Part shown: in pieces, positions 1 through 7,420 of the stretch
How the letters are laid out: each line of letters opens with the position of its first letter
Numbering within the stretch: the stretch's first letter is position 1
Source: Escherichia phage LF82-23
Length of the DNA stretch: 42,378 bases
Sequence record: PV660458
Direction: 5' to 3' (one strand)
The notes under the pieces: generated by a model
What the model saw: the letters and a program-made list of their open reading frames with translations, nothing else
Told to the model about the DNA's origin: nothing
Database searches by the model: none
Made by a program: the position numbers and the translations under genes

Positions 1-306
1 ATGGCATCCGTGAACAAGCAGCTCGATGGGCTGCACCGGATGCTGGTGGAGTATCTGTCCGACCGCTTGGCCGACGCTCGTAGGAAAGATGAACATGGTA
101 ATATCATCGAACCTATGGCGGCGGCTGAGCTGTCCGTACTTCGCCAGTTCCTGAAAGATAACGGTATTCAGGCTGATAAAGACCACGCCGACGATTTACT
201 CGCGCTGCAAGAGCAGCTTAACAACGAGAAAACGGAAGCAGGTCGTAAAGATATCATGTCTGCTGCCATCAACTCAATCGCAGAAGATAGCGGGATGATG
301 CACTAA
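1..306 (+). CDS. probable terminase small subunit (DNA maturase A-like)
   Basis: 101-aa ORF starting at window base 1; stop overlaps the start of the large terminase ORF (TAATG at 304-308); AAGGAG at 42367-42372 at the window end would be its RBS if the sequence is circular. Assignment by position and size only. Confidence 0.5.
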   Translation: MASVNKQLDGLHRMLVEYLSDRLADARRKDEHGNIIEPMAAAELSVLRQFLKDNGIQADKDHADDLLALQEQLNNEKTEAGRKDIMSAAINSIAEDSGMMH

Positions 307-2066
307 TGGATTTACAACGCCGCATGGTGATGGCAGGAATCGTTCGCGCCCACTACGAGAACAACTTCCCGCTGTTCCTGCATGACTACTTCGCATGGCT
401 GGGCTTTGACCTCACTGAAATGCAGCTCGACATTGGCCGCTACATGGCCGACCGGACGCTCAAGAACAAGTGCGTCATGGCTCAGCGCGGTGAGGCAAAG
501 TCCACCATCGGTATTGCTCGCGCCCTGTACGAGTTCGTTCAGATGCCGAACGCCACTGTGTTGTTGGTATCTGGTTCGGACGACTATGCGGGTACGCTGT
601 CGCACGCCATCGTGTCTGCCATTATGCAATGGGAGCGTCTGGAATGGCTGCGCCCTGAGACTCGCGCTGGCGCACGTACGTCCTATACGGACGGCTTCGA
701 CGTGCATCACGCATTCCGTATCCCTGACAAACAGCCCTCTGTAAAAGCGGTCGGTATCTTCGGCCAGTTGCAGGGGAACCACGTATCGCTGTTGATTGCC
801 GATGACGTGGAGACTACCAGTAACGGTAGCTCTCCTGCCAACCGCGCCCGTATCAACACCCTGACCAAAGAGTTTGCGGCTATCGCCAACGATGGTGCAG
901 AGATTCTGTACCTCGGCACACCGCAGACGCAGGACTCCATCTACAACACGCTCCCGCAGCGTGGCTTCGACGTTCGCATCTGGCCCGGTCGTTTCCCAAC
1001 GGTTGAGGAAGAAGAACGCTACGGCGGCTGTCTGGCCCCGTGGATTAAGCAGAAGATGGAGGGCCACCCGGAACTTCGCACAGGCTACGGTATCCTTGGG
1101 AACCGTGGTGCGCAGACCGACCCGCAACGCTACTCCGAAGAAAAGCAGTTGCAGAACGAGCGAGACTACCAGCAGGCAGGCTTCCAGTTGCAGTTCATGC
1201 TGGATACGTCGCTGTCGGATGCGCTCAAACAAACGTTACATCTCAAAGACTTAATCTTCTTCCACGGCTCAACGCAGTCTGCGCCGGAGGTTCTGCATTG
1301 GTCGAACCACCCGCGCCATGCCGCCGAGCTGCCACTGGATTTCCCACTGGCTCGCGCTCAGCTATTCTTGGCTGCTGATTTCTCGGACACTTATGTACCA
1401 TTCGAAAATACCTCGGCGTTTCTTGACCCTGCTGGTGGTGGGTCGGACGAATCAGTTATCATCGCCACCGCTTCTGTCGGCCCGTTTATCCACGTCATTG
1501 GTATGCACGTCTACCACGGCGGCCAGACGGAGGAAAACATCAAGGCGGCGGTAGAGTGGCTCGCTGAAACCGGGGTCAAACGGCTGGTCATTGAGGATAA
1601 CATGGGCCACGGCACCGTGACCAACATGTACCGAGGTGAGATTAAGCGCCAGAGCTTGACCATTGGCTGTGAGGGCGTGTACTCGTCTGGCCAGAAAGAG
1701 GTGCGTATCATCAACCGCCTTGGCCCAATCATGCAGCGCCACCGTGTCGTCGTGCATTGGTGCGTTGTTGAAGAAGACCTGCGGCTGTGTCGCGGGATGA
1801 ACAACGGTGGTCGAGAGTTCAGCCTGTTCTGGCAGCTCCAGAACCTGACACAAGACCGTCAATCCATCCCACACGATGACCGTATCGAAACCCTATCTGC
1901 TGCCGTGTACCTGCACGCTGAGGTGCTACAGCAGGACGAACATGAAGAAGCTGCCAAGCGCGAGACGGCTGCCGCACGAGAGTTCCTTGCCAACCCAATG
2001 GGTTACGATGACTCGAAGTGGCGTAGCCATAAGCCTGTGCGTGGCGTGCGACGGAGACTACGTTAA
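306..2066 (+). CDS. terminase large subunit (DNA maturase B)
   Basis: 586-aa ORF, translationally coupled to the upstream small ORF; size and position typical of T7-group large terminase; N-terminal region resembles T7 gp19-family proteins as I recall them (not searched). Confidence 0.8.
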   Translation: MDLQRRMVMAGIVRAHYENNFPLFLHDYFAWLGFDLTEMQLDIGRYMADRTLKNKCVMAQRGEAKSTIGIARALYEFVQMPNATVLLVSGSDDYAGTLSHAIVSAIMQWERLEWLRPETRAGARTSYTDGFDVHHAFRIPDKQPSVKAVGIFGQLQGNHVSLLIADDVETTSNGSSPANRARINTLTKEFAAIANDGAEILYLGTPQTQDSIYNTLPQRGFDVRIWPGRFPTVEEEERYGGCLAPWIKQKMEGHPELRTGYGILGNRGAQTDPQRYSEEKQLQNERDYQQAGFQLQFMLDTSLSDALKQTLHLKDLIFFHGSTQSAPEVLHWSNHPRHAAELPLDFPLARAQLFLAADFSDTYVPFENTSAFLDPAGGGSDESVIIATASVGPFIHVIGMHVYHGGQTEENIKAAVEWLAETGVKRLVIEDNMGHGTVTNMYRGEIKRQSLTIGCEGVYSSGQKEVRIINRLGPIMQRHRVVVHWCVVEEDLRLCRGMNNGGREFSLFWQLQNLTQDRQSIPHDDRIETLSAAVYLHAEVLQQDEHEEAAKRETAAAREFLANPMGYDDSKWRSHKPVRGVRRRLR

Positions 2067-2734
2067 TGTCCTTGATTACCATTACTGACCAACAGCGGTA
2101 CGATATCGGCTACCGCGCCAACATCGCTGCGAACCTTACGCAGCGTTTCGTGAACAACACTACTCAGATTACGGCAGCTCAGGCTGCTGACATTGATACG
2201 GCCATACAGCAGCTCATGACGGCGCTGGAAGCCGCAGGCTATAGTTCCGTACCAGAAGGCTCTGTTATCGTCGCAGGCGGCGATACAGCGACCGTGGTGA
2301 ACCAAGACGGCACTGTGTCCAAGACTGGTACGGTTGAGGTGGACGGTGACACTTATCAGATTCGATTCCCGGTCACTACGGGTATGAAGTCCAACGGTGA
2401 TTCCATCTCTGTGCAGAACGTGAACGGTGCTGCTGGCATCACCTCTACTGCATTCGTCAACACCAATGGCGTGCTGCTGGCAGCCCGGCTCCCCTCGACG
2501 GTAGCCTGCATCTCCAGCGGTAACGGTATCCAGATTCGCAACTCTGCGGGTACGGCTATCGCTAACGCCACTTTCACGGTTTCCAACGGTGTTATTGCGT
2601 ATGGCACCTTCCCGGCAACCATCGCTGCGGTAGCCAACGCCGCTGCCCTGCAAATCCCGGTAACTGGCACCTACGTGGATACTGTTACCTTCACTGTCGC
2701 TGGTGGCGTAATCACTGGCATCACACTCTCTTAA
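2066..2734 (+). CDS. hypothetical Gly/Thr/Val/Ala-rich beta-type protein, possibly virion- or tail-associated
   Basis: 222-aa ORF coupled to terminase stop (TAATG); low-complexity T/G/V/A/N-rich composition reminiscent of fibre/beta-sheet proteins; no catalytic motif recognised. Confidence 0.45.
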   Translation: MSLITITDQQRYDIGYRANIAANLTQRFVNNTTQITAAQAADIDTAIQQLMTALEAAGYSSVPEGSVIVAGGDTATVVNQDGTVSKTGTVEVDGDTYQIRFPVTTGMKSNGDSISVQNVNGAAGITSTAFVNTNGVLLAARLPSTVACISSGNGIQIRNSAGTAIANATFTVSNGVIAYGTFPATIAAVANAAALQIPVTGTYVDTVTFTVAGGVITGITLS

Positions 2735-2745
2735 GGAGAATCTTT

Positions 2746-2940
2746 ATGGCACTTGTTGATTCTACCGCTGCTGAACGTGCGGAGTTCGTGGCAGCCTGTA
2801 ATATGGCGGCCAAGTATCTGAACGTTTGGACGGAAGACTACTTCTTCGATACCACCAACACTGAGCTGGTTGCGTATTATCAGACCTTTGTGACCCGTGT
2901 ACAAACGGCGCTCACTAACCTGACGAACGCCGCAGCGTAA
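2746..2940 (+). CDS. hypothetical protein (64 aa)
   Basis: ORF with GGAG 7 nt upstream of ATG; no transmembrane segment; function unknown. Confidence 0.45.
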   Translation: MALVDSTAAERAEFVAACNMAAKYLNVWTEDYFFDTTNTELVAYYQTFVTRVQTALTNLTNAAA

Positions 2941-2950
2941 GGGGTATCTC

Positions 2951-3439
2951 ATGAAACTGTCTCGGCTAATGGCCGGGGCAGTCCTATCAGCGTCGCTGAC
3001 TCTGACGGGCTGCTCCGCAACTAGCGCACTGTCTGCTGTAACTTCGGCTGTATCTCCCAACAAGCCGGAACTGACGGCTCAGGTAGGTGCAGAAAACACG
3101 AAGCAAGGTATCGGTGTGACTGCGAAACAGTCCGATGAAACCGAAGTCGGTGATGTATCAGGCAACGCGAAAGTGGATACCGCTAAGCAGGGTTCGAATG
3201 GCACTTCCGTCAAGGACGTCTCAGGAGGCTCTGTAAACGCTTCTAAGCAGGGGTCACAAATGACCCAAGGAAACGTACAGGCTAAAACAGTTGTCATCTC
3301 TCAGAGCGACCCACGCAGTCTCCTGTGGGCATTTGGCATGGGCCTTACGTGCATCCTTGGTCTGGTCATGTGGTTTGTACCATCTCCGTGGAAAAGGAAA
3401 GTGAAAGATGACGGAAGCAAAGAAGGAGCCAACTCCTAA
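2951..3439 (+). CDS. lipoprotein with C-terminal transmembrane helix; unimolecular spanin (u-spanin) candidate
   Basis: N-terminal signal peptide ending in lipobox LTGC (Cys21), low-complexity periplasmic middle, C-terminal hydrophobic helix LLWAFGMGLTCILGLVMWFV; lies directly upstream of holin candidate and endolysin. Architecture matches the T1 gp11-type u-spanin. Confidence 0.55.
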   Translation: MKLSRLMAGAVLSASLTLTGCSATSALSAVTSAVSPNKPELTAQVGAENTKQGIGVTAKQSDETEVGDVSGNAKVDTAKQGSNGTSVKDVSGGSVNASKQGSQMTQGNVQAKTVVISQSDPRSLLWAFGMGLTCILGLVMWFVPSPWKRKVKDDGSKEGANS

Positions 3440-3791
3440 CATCCACTCGCGTATGGGTGCAGTGGAGGCTCGTATGCAATCCGTAGAACTTCGACTCGAC
3501 AAGCACGAGGTACAAATCGCGACCCTCGAAAAGGGTGATGCTGCAATGCTGGCCAAGTTAGCGGAGAACGATACCCGCTGGCAGACGGTTCAACAGCAGC
3601 TCCTTGTGGTTGAGCAAATTCAGGACATTCAGAAGACTATGAGCCACATCGGTAAGTTGTTCACGGCGGCGGCTCACGCTGTCAAATGGTGTCTCTTAAC
3701 TGCATCCCTGTGTAGCGGTATCTACTTAGCAATCAAGGCTGGTGACTTAAGCTCACTGCAAGCCTTCATCACTACACTACTGGGGATGTAA
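3408..3791 (+). CDS. membrane protein, holin candidate
   Basis: 127-aa ORF; predicted coiled-coil N-terminal region then hydrophobic C-terminal segment (AAAHAVKWCLLTASLCSGIYLAI); stop overlaps endolysin start (TAATG). Endolysin lacks a signal/SAR sequence, so a holin is expected here. Confidence 0.4.
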   Translation: MTEAKKEPTPNIHSRMGAVEARMQSVELRLDKHEVQIATLEKGDAAMLAKLAENDTRWQTVQQQLLVVEQIQDIQKTMSHIGKLFTAAAHAVKWCLLTASLCSGIYLAIKAGDLSSLQAFITTLLGM

Positions 3792-4327
3792 TGACTAACT
3801 TTGAAATCTGTATGCGGTTCACCGGGCTGGCAGAAGGTGGTTACACCAAGCTGCCCGGCGATACCGGAGGGGAAACGAATCATGGAATTAGCGACGCTCG
3901 TGATGGCAAACTGGATGGCCGAGCTTGTGGTGTCCCTACTGGGCTTGGCGGCACTATTTGTGTACCTATCAAGCAGCTCACCAAAGCACAAGCCGAAGCA
4001 ATCTATCGACGGGATTACTACACCCCCATCCGAGGTGACGAACTTCACCCTGCGATTGCATGTGCCGTGTTTGACTACGGTGTCAACTCCGGTGTCTCCC
4101 GTGCGGCGAAAGCTCTACAGCGGGTATGCGGCGTTGCACAAGACGGGATTGTTGGCCCTGCTACCGTGGCAGCAGCCAAACGTCTGGAACCTCACTCCGC
4201 AGCAGCAGCCATCTGTGACCTTCGTATTGCGTTCCTAAAGGCTTCTACAGCCCCGACAGTGGTTCGCTATAGGGATGCCTTGGTTGCTCGTGCAAAACGC
4301 TGTAGCGCTTACTGTGCGACGCTGTAG
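3791..4327 (+). CDS. endolysin, glycoside hydrolase family 108-like N-terminal domain plus C-terminal peptidoglycan-binding-like domain
   Basis: N-terminal motif FTGLAEGGYTKLPGDTGGETNHGI matches the GH108 EGGY...D.GG.T..GI signature; C-terminal region resembles PG_binding_3-type domains; last gene before the non-coding terminus. Confidence 0.8.
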   Translation: MTNFEICMRFTGLAEGGYTKLPGDTGGETNHGISDARDGKLDGRACGVPTGLGGTICVPIKQLTKAQAEAIYRRDYYTPIRGDELHPAIACAVFDYGVNSGVSRAAKALQRVCGVAQDGIVGPATVAAAKRLEPHSAAAAICDLRIAFLKASTAPTVVRYRDALVARAKRCSAYCATL

Positions 4328-4544
4328 GGGTATCCGAAAGCTGATGCAATGAACAGGCCGTGGGTGCAATACCCCGGCTTGAAAATTGACTATTTGTACG
4401 TGCCCCTCCCTCGACCCAAATGACCGCGCGTGCCCCCATAGCGTGTGCGCGGTTTAGCCTCGCGACGTGCGCGATAATTGCTCGCGTGCGCTGCGCGGCG
4501 CGTCGAAAGGATTGCCTGCGTGCGGTATAGCTCGTGCGTGTCGC

Positions 4545-4900
4545 GTTTCATCGTCTGCCGTGTGGCGTGCTGTGCGCTGTCCTGCTGGCTGTGCTGTGCG
4601 GTGCTGTCCTATGGGGACGCTCTGCGCTGGCTGGCTGGTGCTGTGGTAGCGGTGCGGTCGGTCGGGTATCTGTCTCTTTTCGTGGCGCGGCGTGGTGCTG
4701 TGTGGTGGCGGTGGTGCTGCGTGGTGCTGTCCTGTCTGCTGGTCTACTGTCTGCGCCTGCCAGCTCTGCGCGTCGTGCTCTGCTACCTGCTGTTACTGTC
4801 CTACTGCCTTCACTGTCTGCCGTCTGTCAGTCCTACGGTCTGCCATCCGTCATCCGTTCGGCGCTCGCTTGTTTCGGCTGCGCCGCGCTCGCTCTGCGTA
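4545..4900. other. A-depleted, GT- then CT-rich low-complexity non-coding block
   Basis: Roughly 5% A on the + strand by eye over about 350 nt (e.g. 4681-4740 contains no A); degenerate short repeats (GCTGTG, GGTGCTG, CTGTC); ORFs here exist only because stop codons need A. Confidence 0.7.
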
Positions 4901-5060
4901 TCTAGCGATACTATATCACTATAGACACTTTCATAATTATCTATTGATATCAGTAACTTATAACCTATCTGATAACGGTATTCTGACCAGTGTTATGATT
5001 ATCTAATCAAACTTTAATCCTAATGATTACAGTAACTTATCACTTTTCTTGAAAATAATA
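4901..5060. repeat. AT-rich block with clustered short GATA/TATC-type palindromes (candidate terminus/ori/packaging region)
   Basis: TTGATATCA, TATCTGATA, TGATTATCTAATCA, CAGTAACTTAT x2 seen directly; lies between the A-depleted block and the early promoters. Confidence 0.5.
4919..4934 (-). promoter_or_regulatory. inverted copy of conserved 16-mer ATGAAAGTGTCTATAG (candidate phage RNAP promoter element)
   Basis: Reverse complement of 4919-4934 is identical to 25618-25633; extended match about 27 nt with one mismatch. Confidence 0.35.
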
Positions 5061-5061
5061 C

Positions 5062-5091
5062 TTGCAAACTGTTTTGGTTTTGTGCTGTAAT
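5062..5091 (+). promoter_or_regulatory. sigma70-type early promoter P1
   Basis: TTGCAA (5062-5067), 18-nt spacer, TGTAAT (5086-5091) preceded by TGn extended -10. Confidence 0.6.
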
Positions 5092-5165
5092 TCATCACGT
5101 CGAAAGGCACTAGCCCAGTAGACAAGATTGAACGGTAACACTGCTCTTTAACAATCTGGAGTGTA

Positions 5166-5194
5166 TTGACAAGGCAAGCTCACTATGCTGTAAT
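5166..5194 (+). promoter_or_regulatory. sigma70-type early promoter P2
   Basis: TTGACA (5166-5171), 17-nt spacer, TGTAAT (5189-5194) with TGc extended -10. Confidence 0.7.
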
Positions 5195-5302
5195 GCTTCC
5201 ACGTCAGCCAGCAAGCTAAACAGTCATTGATAAAGACGTTAAAACACACGCAGGCAAACTGGTACGGGTTATTCATCTCAGAACGGGCGCTGAATAAAAC
5301 GG

Positions 5303-5331
5303 TTGACAGGATGAAACGAGTATGCTGTAAT
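5303..5331 (+). promoter_or_regulatory. sigma70-type early promoter P3
   Basis: TTGACA (5303-5308), 17-nt spacer, TGTAAT (5326-5331) with TGc extended -10. Confidence 0.7.
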
Positions 5332-5382
5332 ACGCTCCAGATTGACAGGGCAGCAAGCCAGTCAGTCAGAAGTAAAAAGTAG

Positions 5383-5411
5383 TTGACACGCTGAATACGA
5401 TGTGATGTAAT
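5383..5411 (+). promoter_or_regulatory. sigma70-type early promoter P4
   Basis: TTGACA (5383-5388), 17-nt spacer, TGTAAT (5406-5411) with TGa extended -10. Confidence 0.7.
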
Positions 5412-5843
5412 CAGCACCGAGTTGAAAGGTTGCAAAACAACCTGCTCTGAGTGAACGTAAACAGGCCACGTAGTGTCTCGGCCTCATGGGTATCCGGCGC
5501 AGCTAGGAACTGGTGAGGGCACCGCCGAAAGGCAATAGGGGTAGCGCCCGGTGCGATGGGAACGGAGAAGCGCGATAGACGCAGCGCAGTATCAGCACAA
5601 TCCCGAACGTCTTATAAGGCGCGGAGTGAAGCGGGTAGGTAGGCAAGCTGGTAACGGTGAGCCGGACTGCTGGAGGACTCCTGAGAGTGGATGCAGACAA
5701 TATCCACGGCGCGAAATGGGCGGGGCGATTTTTCAGGGTAGTGAATCCGACAAGCCAATCAATGCCAACGAGTGCAGACTGTACGGCGCGTCACAATGGG
5801 TTCACTATCCACCTGAAAATAGCCAACAACTGGAGAAATTAAT

Positions 5844-6233
5844 ATGTACCGTATCTATGCAAGCGCATATCGTCAGGGCAACGCTGAGTCAGTCAATCTG
5901 GCGCTTCATTGCAAGGCACTGCGAACGGTGCAGGACATGTTCGGAGTGGTTCCGGTCACACTGACAGGCAAGTTCGACAATGCGTATGAGTTAAGCATGG
6001 TCTTCCCTGTCGATGGAATCTACGAAATCCGACAGGCTGTTAAGCTGTTTTGTAAAGCCTTCGAACAGGACTGCATCATGGTAGTGACCAAAGACGACGA
6101 TGCAATCTTCATGGACTCACCGTATCCGGGTAAGCCTGCTGGCAAGCTGGTCAGCAAGACTAACGAGGAAATGGAAGCCGGGCAGCATACCGCTTGGACT
6201 TACGATGGTGAGCAATTTTGGGTAGTGGAGTAA
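5844..6233 (+). CDS. hypothetical early protein (129 aa)
   Basis: First ORF after promoter array and leader; GGAG 9 nt upstream of ATG. Confidence 0.6.
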   Translation: MYRIYASAYRQGNAESVNLALHCKALRTVQDMFGVVPVTLTGKFDNAYELSMVFPVDGIYEIRQAVKLFCKAFEQDCIMVVTKDDDAIFMDSPYPGKPAGKLVSKTNEEMEAGQHTAWTYDGEQFWVVE

Positions 6234-6244
6234 GGAGCATGACT

Positions 6245-6316
6245 ATGTTCACTGCACTGTGTGTTATTGCGGCGGCGTGTTGGGTTATTGACCAGCGCCT
6301 GCCTAAGCGAGCCTGA
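6245..6316 (+). CDS. tiny hydrophobic peptide (23 aa), candidate small membrane protein
   Basis: AAGGAG (6232-6237) 7 nt upstream of ATG 6245; peptide MFTALCVIAAACWVIDQRLPKRA; below the 60-aa floor of the ORF track. Confidence 0.3.
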   Translation: MFTALCVIAAACWVIDQRLPKRA

Positions 6317-6317
6317 T

Positions 6318-6401
6318 ATGTGGGACTTACTGGTAGCGTTATTCTGGTTCGTCTTTGCAGGCTTGTGGATTTACTGGCTGACTCGTCCCAAATTATGGTG
6401 A
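6318..6401 (+). CDS. tiny hydrophobic peptide (27 aa), candidate single-pass membrane protein
   Basis: ATG 1 nt after the stop of the preceding tiny ORF (possible coupling); peptide MWDLLVALFWFVFAGLWIYWLTRPKLW has an 18-residue hydrophobic core. Confidence 0.3.
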   Translation: MWDLLVALFWFVFAGLWIYWLTRPKLW

Positions 6402-6465
6402 CTGCCTAATGCGTCTTGCGAGGCGCATTGTGAAGTAACCAACCAACAACCCGACGAGGTGTATC

Positions 6466-6993
6466 ATGACTACTGTTAAATATACTGCATTCAAAGACGC
6501 TGCCGCTCTGGACAAGGCTATTGAGTCTACCGTCAAGAAGGCGCACTCACTCCGTAACGAGATTCAGAACGTTGCGGTCGGTATCATCCTGCACGCTTAC
6601 CATCACGGCGACTACACTCGTGCTGAATCCTTCGTGAATCAGCTCGGTCAGGGTGTCCGTGGCAAGGCGCTGGTAGACTGGTTCGTCAAGTTCGGCGGCC
6701 TGATTATCGGTGAGAACGGCGGTAAACAGGGCTTCATCGGCTGGCAGGGCGCTGAGTACATCAAGGCGAACATCGACACGGCCAAAGCCACCATGTGGTG
6801 GAGCATGAAGCCTGAGCAGGCGTTCGAAGGCTTCGACCTGCAAGATGCGCTCGAAAAGCTGATTGCCAAAGCTGAGAAGGCGCTGAACAAGGCCAATGAG
6901 CTGCGTCACGAAGGCAAGGACGAAGACGCGAACAAGGTAGTCGTGCCGCAGAACGTCCTCGACCTGCTGCGCAAGGCTAAACAGGCTGCCTAA
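6466..6993 (+). CDS. hypothetical early protein (175 aa)
   Basis: ORF with GAGGTG 6 nt upstream of ATG; preceded by hairpin AATGCG-N10-CGCATT (6408-6429). Confidence 0.6.
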   Translation: MTTVKYTAFKDAAALDKAIESTVKKAHSLRNEIQNVAVGIILHAYHHGDYTRAESFVNQLGQGVRGKALVDWFVKFGGLIIGENGGKQGFIGWQGAEYIKANIDTAKATMWWSMKPEQAFEGFDLQDALEKLIAKAEKALNKANELRHEGKDEDANKVVVPQNVLDLLRKAKQAA

Positions 6994-7007
6994 GCGGGAT
7001 TGACTCA

Positions 7008-7045
7008 AGCCAGTGTCACGGCGCTGGCTTTATGGCAATTCTGCC
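7008..7045 (+). promoter_or_regulatory. conserved early intergenic unit 1: hairpin (AGCCAG/CTGGCT) + GGCA-N4-TGCC element
   Basis: Stem 7008-7013/7024-7029; GGCAATTCTGCC 7034-7045; 34 nt from GGCA to ATG of next gene. Confidence 0.5.
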
Positions 7046-7067
7046 CCAACCATTTAGGAGCTTCACC

Positions 7068-7349
7068 ATGTCTATCAAAACTGTAACTGCTTTCATCACC
7101 AAACGCGACGGCGAACTGTACGGCTTCGCTGTGTCTCTGAACGAAGGCCAGTACCTGCACCATGTCCGTGAAGACGGCGAGCCGACTGAGGCTGCTGGTA
7201 TTCTGGAAACGCTGGCTGGTATCCCGCTGCCGCATGAGTTCATCATCATGCTGGCTGAGCAGGACGAAGACGAGCTGAAAGCGCGTCACGGTAGCGGCCT
7301 GACGCTGGAAGAAATCGGCACCTTCGAAGCCGAGGTTGACGACGAGTAA
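7068..7349 (+). CDS. small acidic early protein (93 aa)
   Basis: AGGAG 9 nt upstream; ORF-track start 7032 lies inside the conserved upstream element, so the downstream ATG was chosen; acidic C-terminus (EAEVDDE). Confidence 0.6.
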   Translation: MSIKTVTAFITKRDGELYGFAVSLNEGQYLHHVREDGEPTEAAGILETLAGIPLPHEFIIMLAEQDEDELKARHGSGLTLEEIGTFEAEVDDE

Positions 7350-7360
7350 GCGTTGTCCTG

Positions 7361-7398
7361 CTGCGCCTTCAACGAGGGCGCAGCGTGGCAATAATGCC
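7361..7398 (+). promoter_or_regulatory. conserved early intergenic unit 2: hairpin (CTGCGCC/GGCGCAG) + GGCA-N4-TGCC element
   Basis: Stem 7361-7367/7377-7383; GGCAATAATGCC 7387-7398; 34 nt to ATG. Confidence 0.5.
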
Positions 7399-7420
7399 TT
7401 ACTCAATCGAGGGTTTTACT

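Noticed and set aside
3801-4238. Alternative-frame ORF embedded in the endolysin gene, with a membrane-helix-like segment (LVVSLLGLAALFVYL followed by KHKPK) and GGAGGGG 12 nt upstream of an internal ATG at 3881; considered as an embedded holin/pinholin.
   Set aside because: Long out-of-frame ORFs are common in GC-rich coding DNA, and the spacing to the putative SD is poor. Worth re-examining only if conserved at the protein level in relatives.
4440-4900. Possible CRISPR array or tandem-repeat locus in the low-complexity block.
   Set aside because: Repeats are short, degenerate and irregular; there is no fixed-length repeat/spacer periodicity and no cas genes.
4917-4924. T7-class promoter core CACTATAG on the + strand at 4917-4924.
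   Set aside because: An 8-mer is expected about once by chance in 2 x 42 kb; the encoded RNAP is phiKMV-like, and the three other copies of the surrounding motif are in the opposite orientation. Treated as part of the inverted 16-mer copy rather than a T7 promoter.
4467-5006. Cys/Leu/Val-rich + strand ORFs (4467-4649, 4478-4924, 4534-4905, 4692-5006) in the GC-rich block.
   Set aside because: The region is A-depleted, so stop codons (which need A) are absent in all forward frames; the ORFs overlap each other in three frames, have no RBS and show low-complexity translation. Composition artefact.
5148-5435. 95-aa minus-strand ORF across the early promoter array.
   Set aside because: Spans four tandem sigma70 promoters on the opposite strand; AT-rich, no RBS; likely spurious.
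5551-5964. Forward ORFs in the leader (5551-5964 and 5657-5842).
   Set aside because: 5657 starts at GTG without a Shine-Dalgarno sequence; 5551-5964 runs out of frame into the first early gene; neither has supporting signals.
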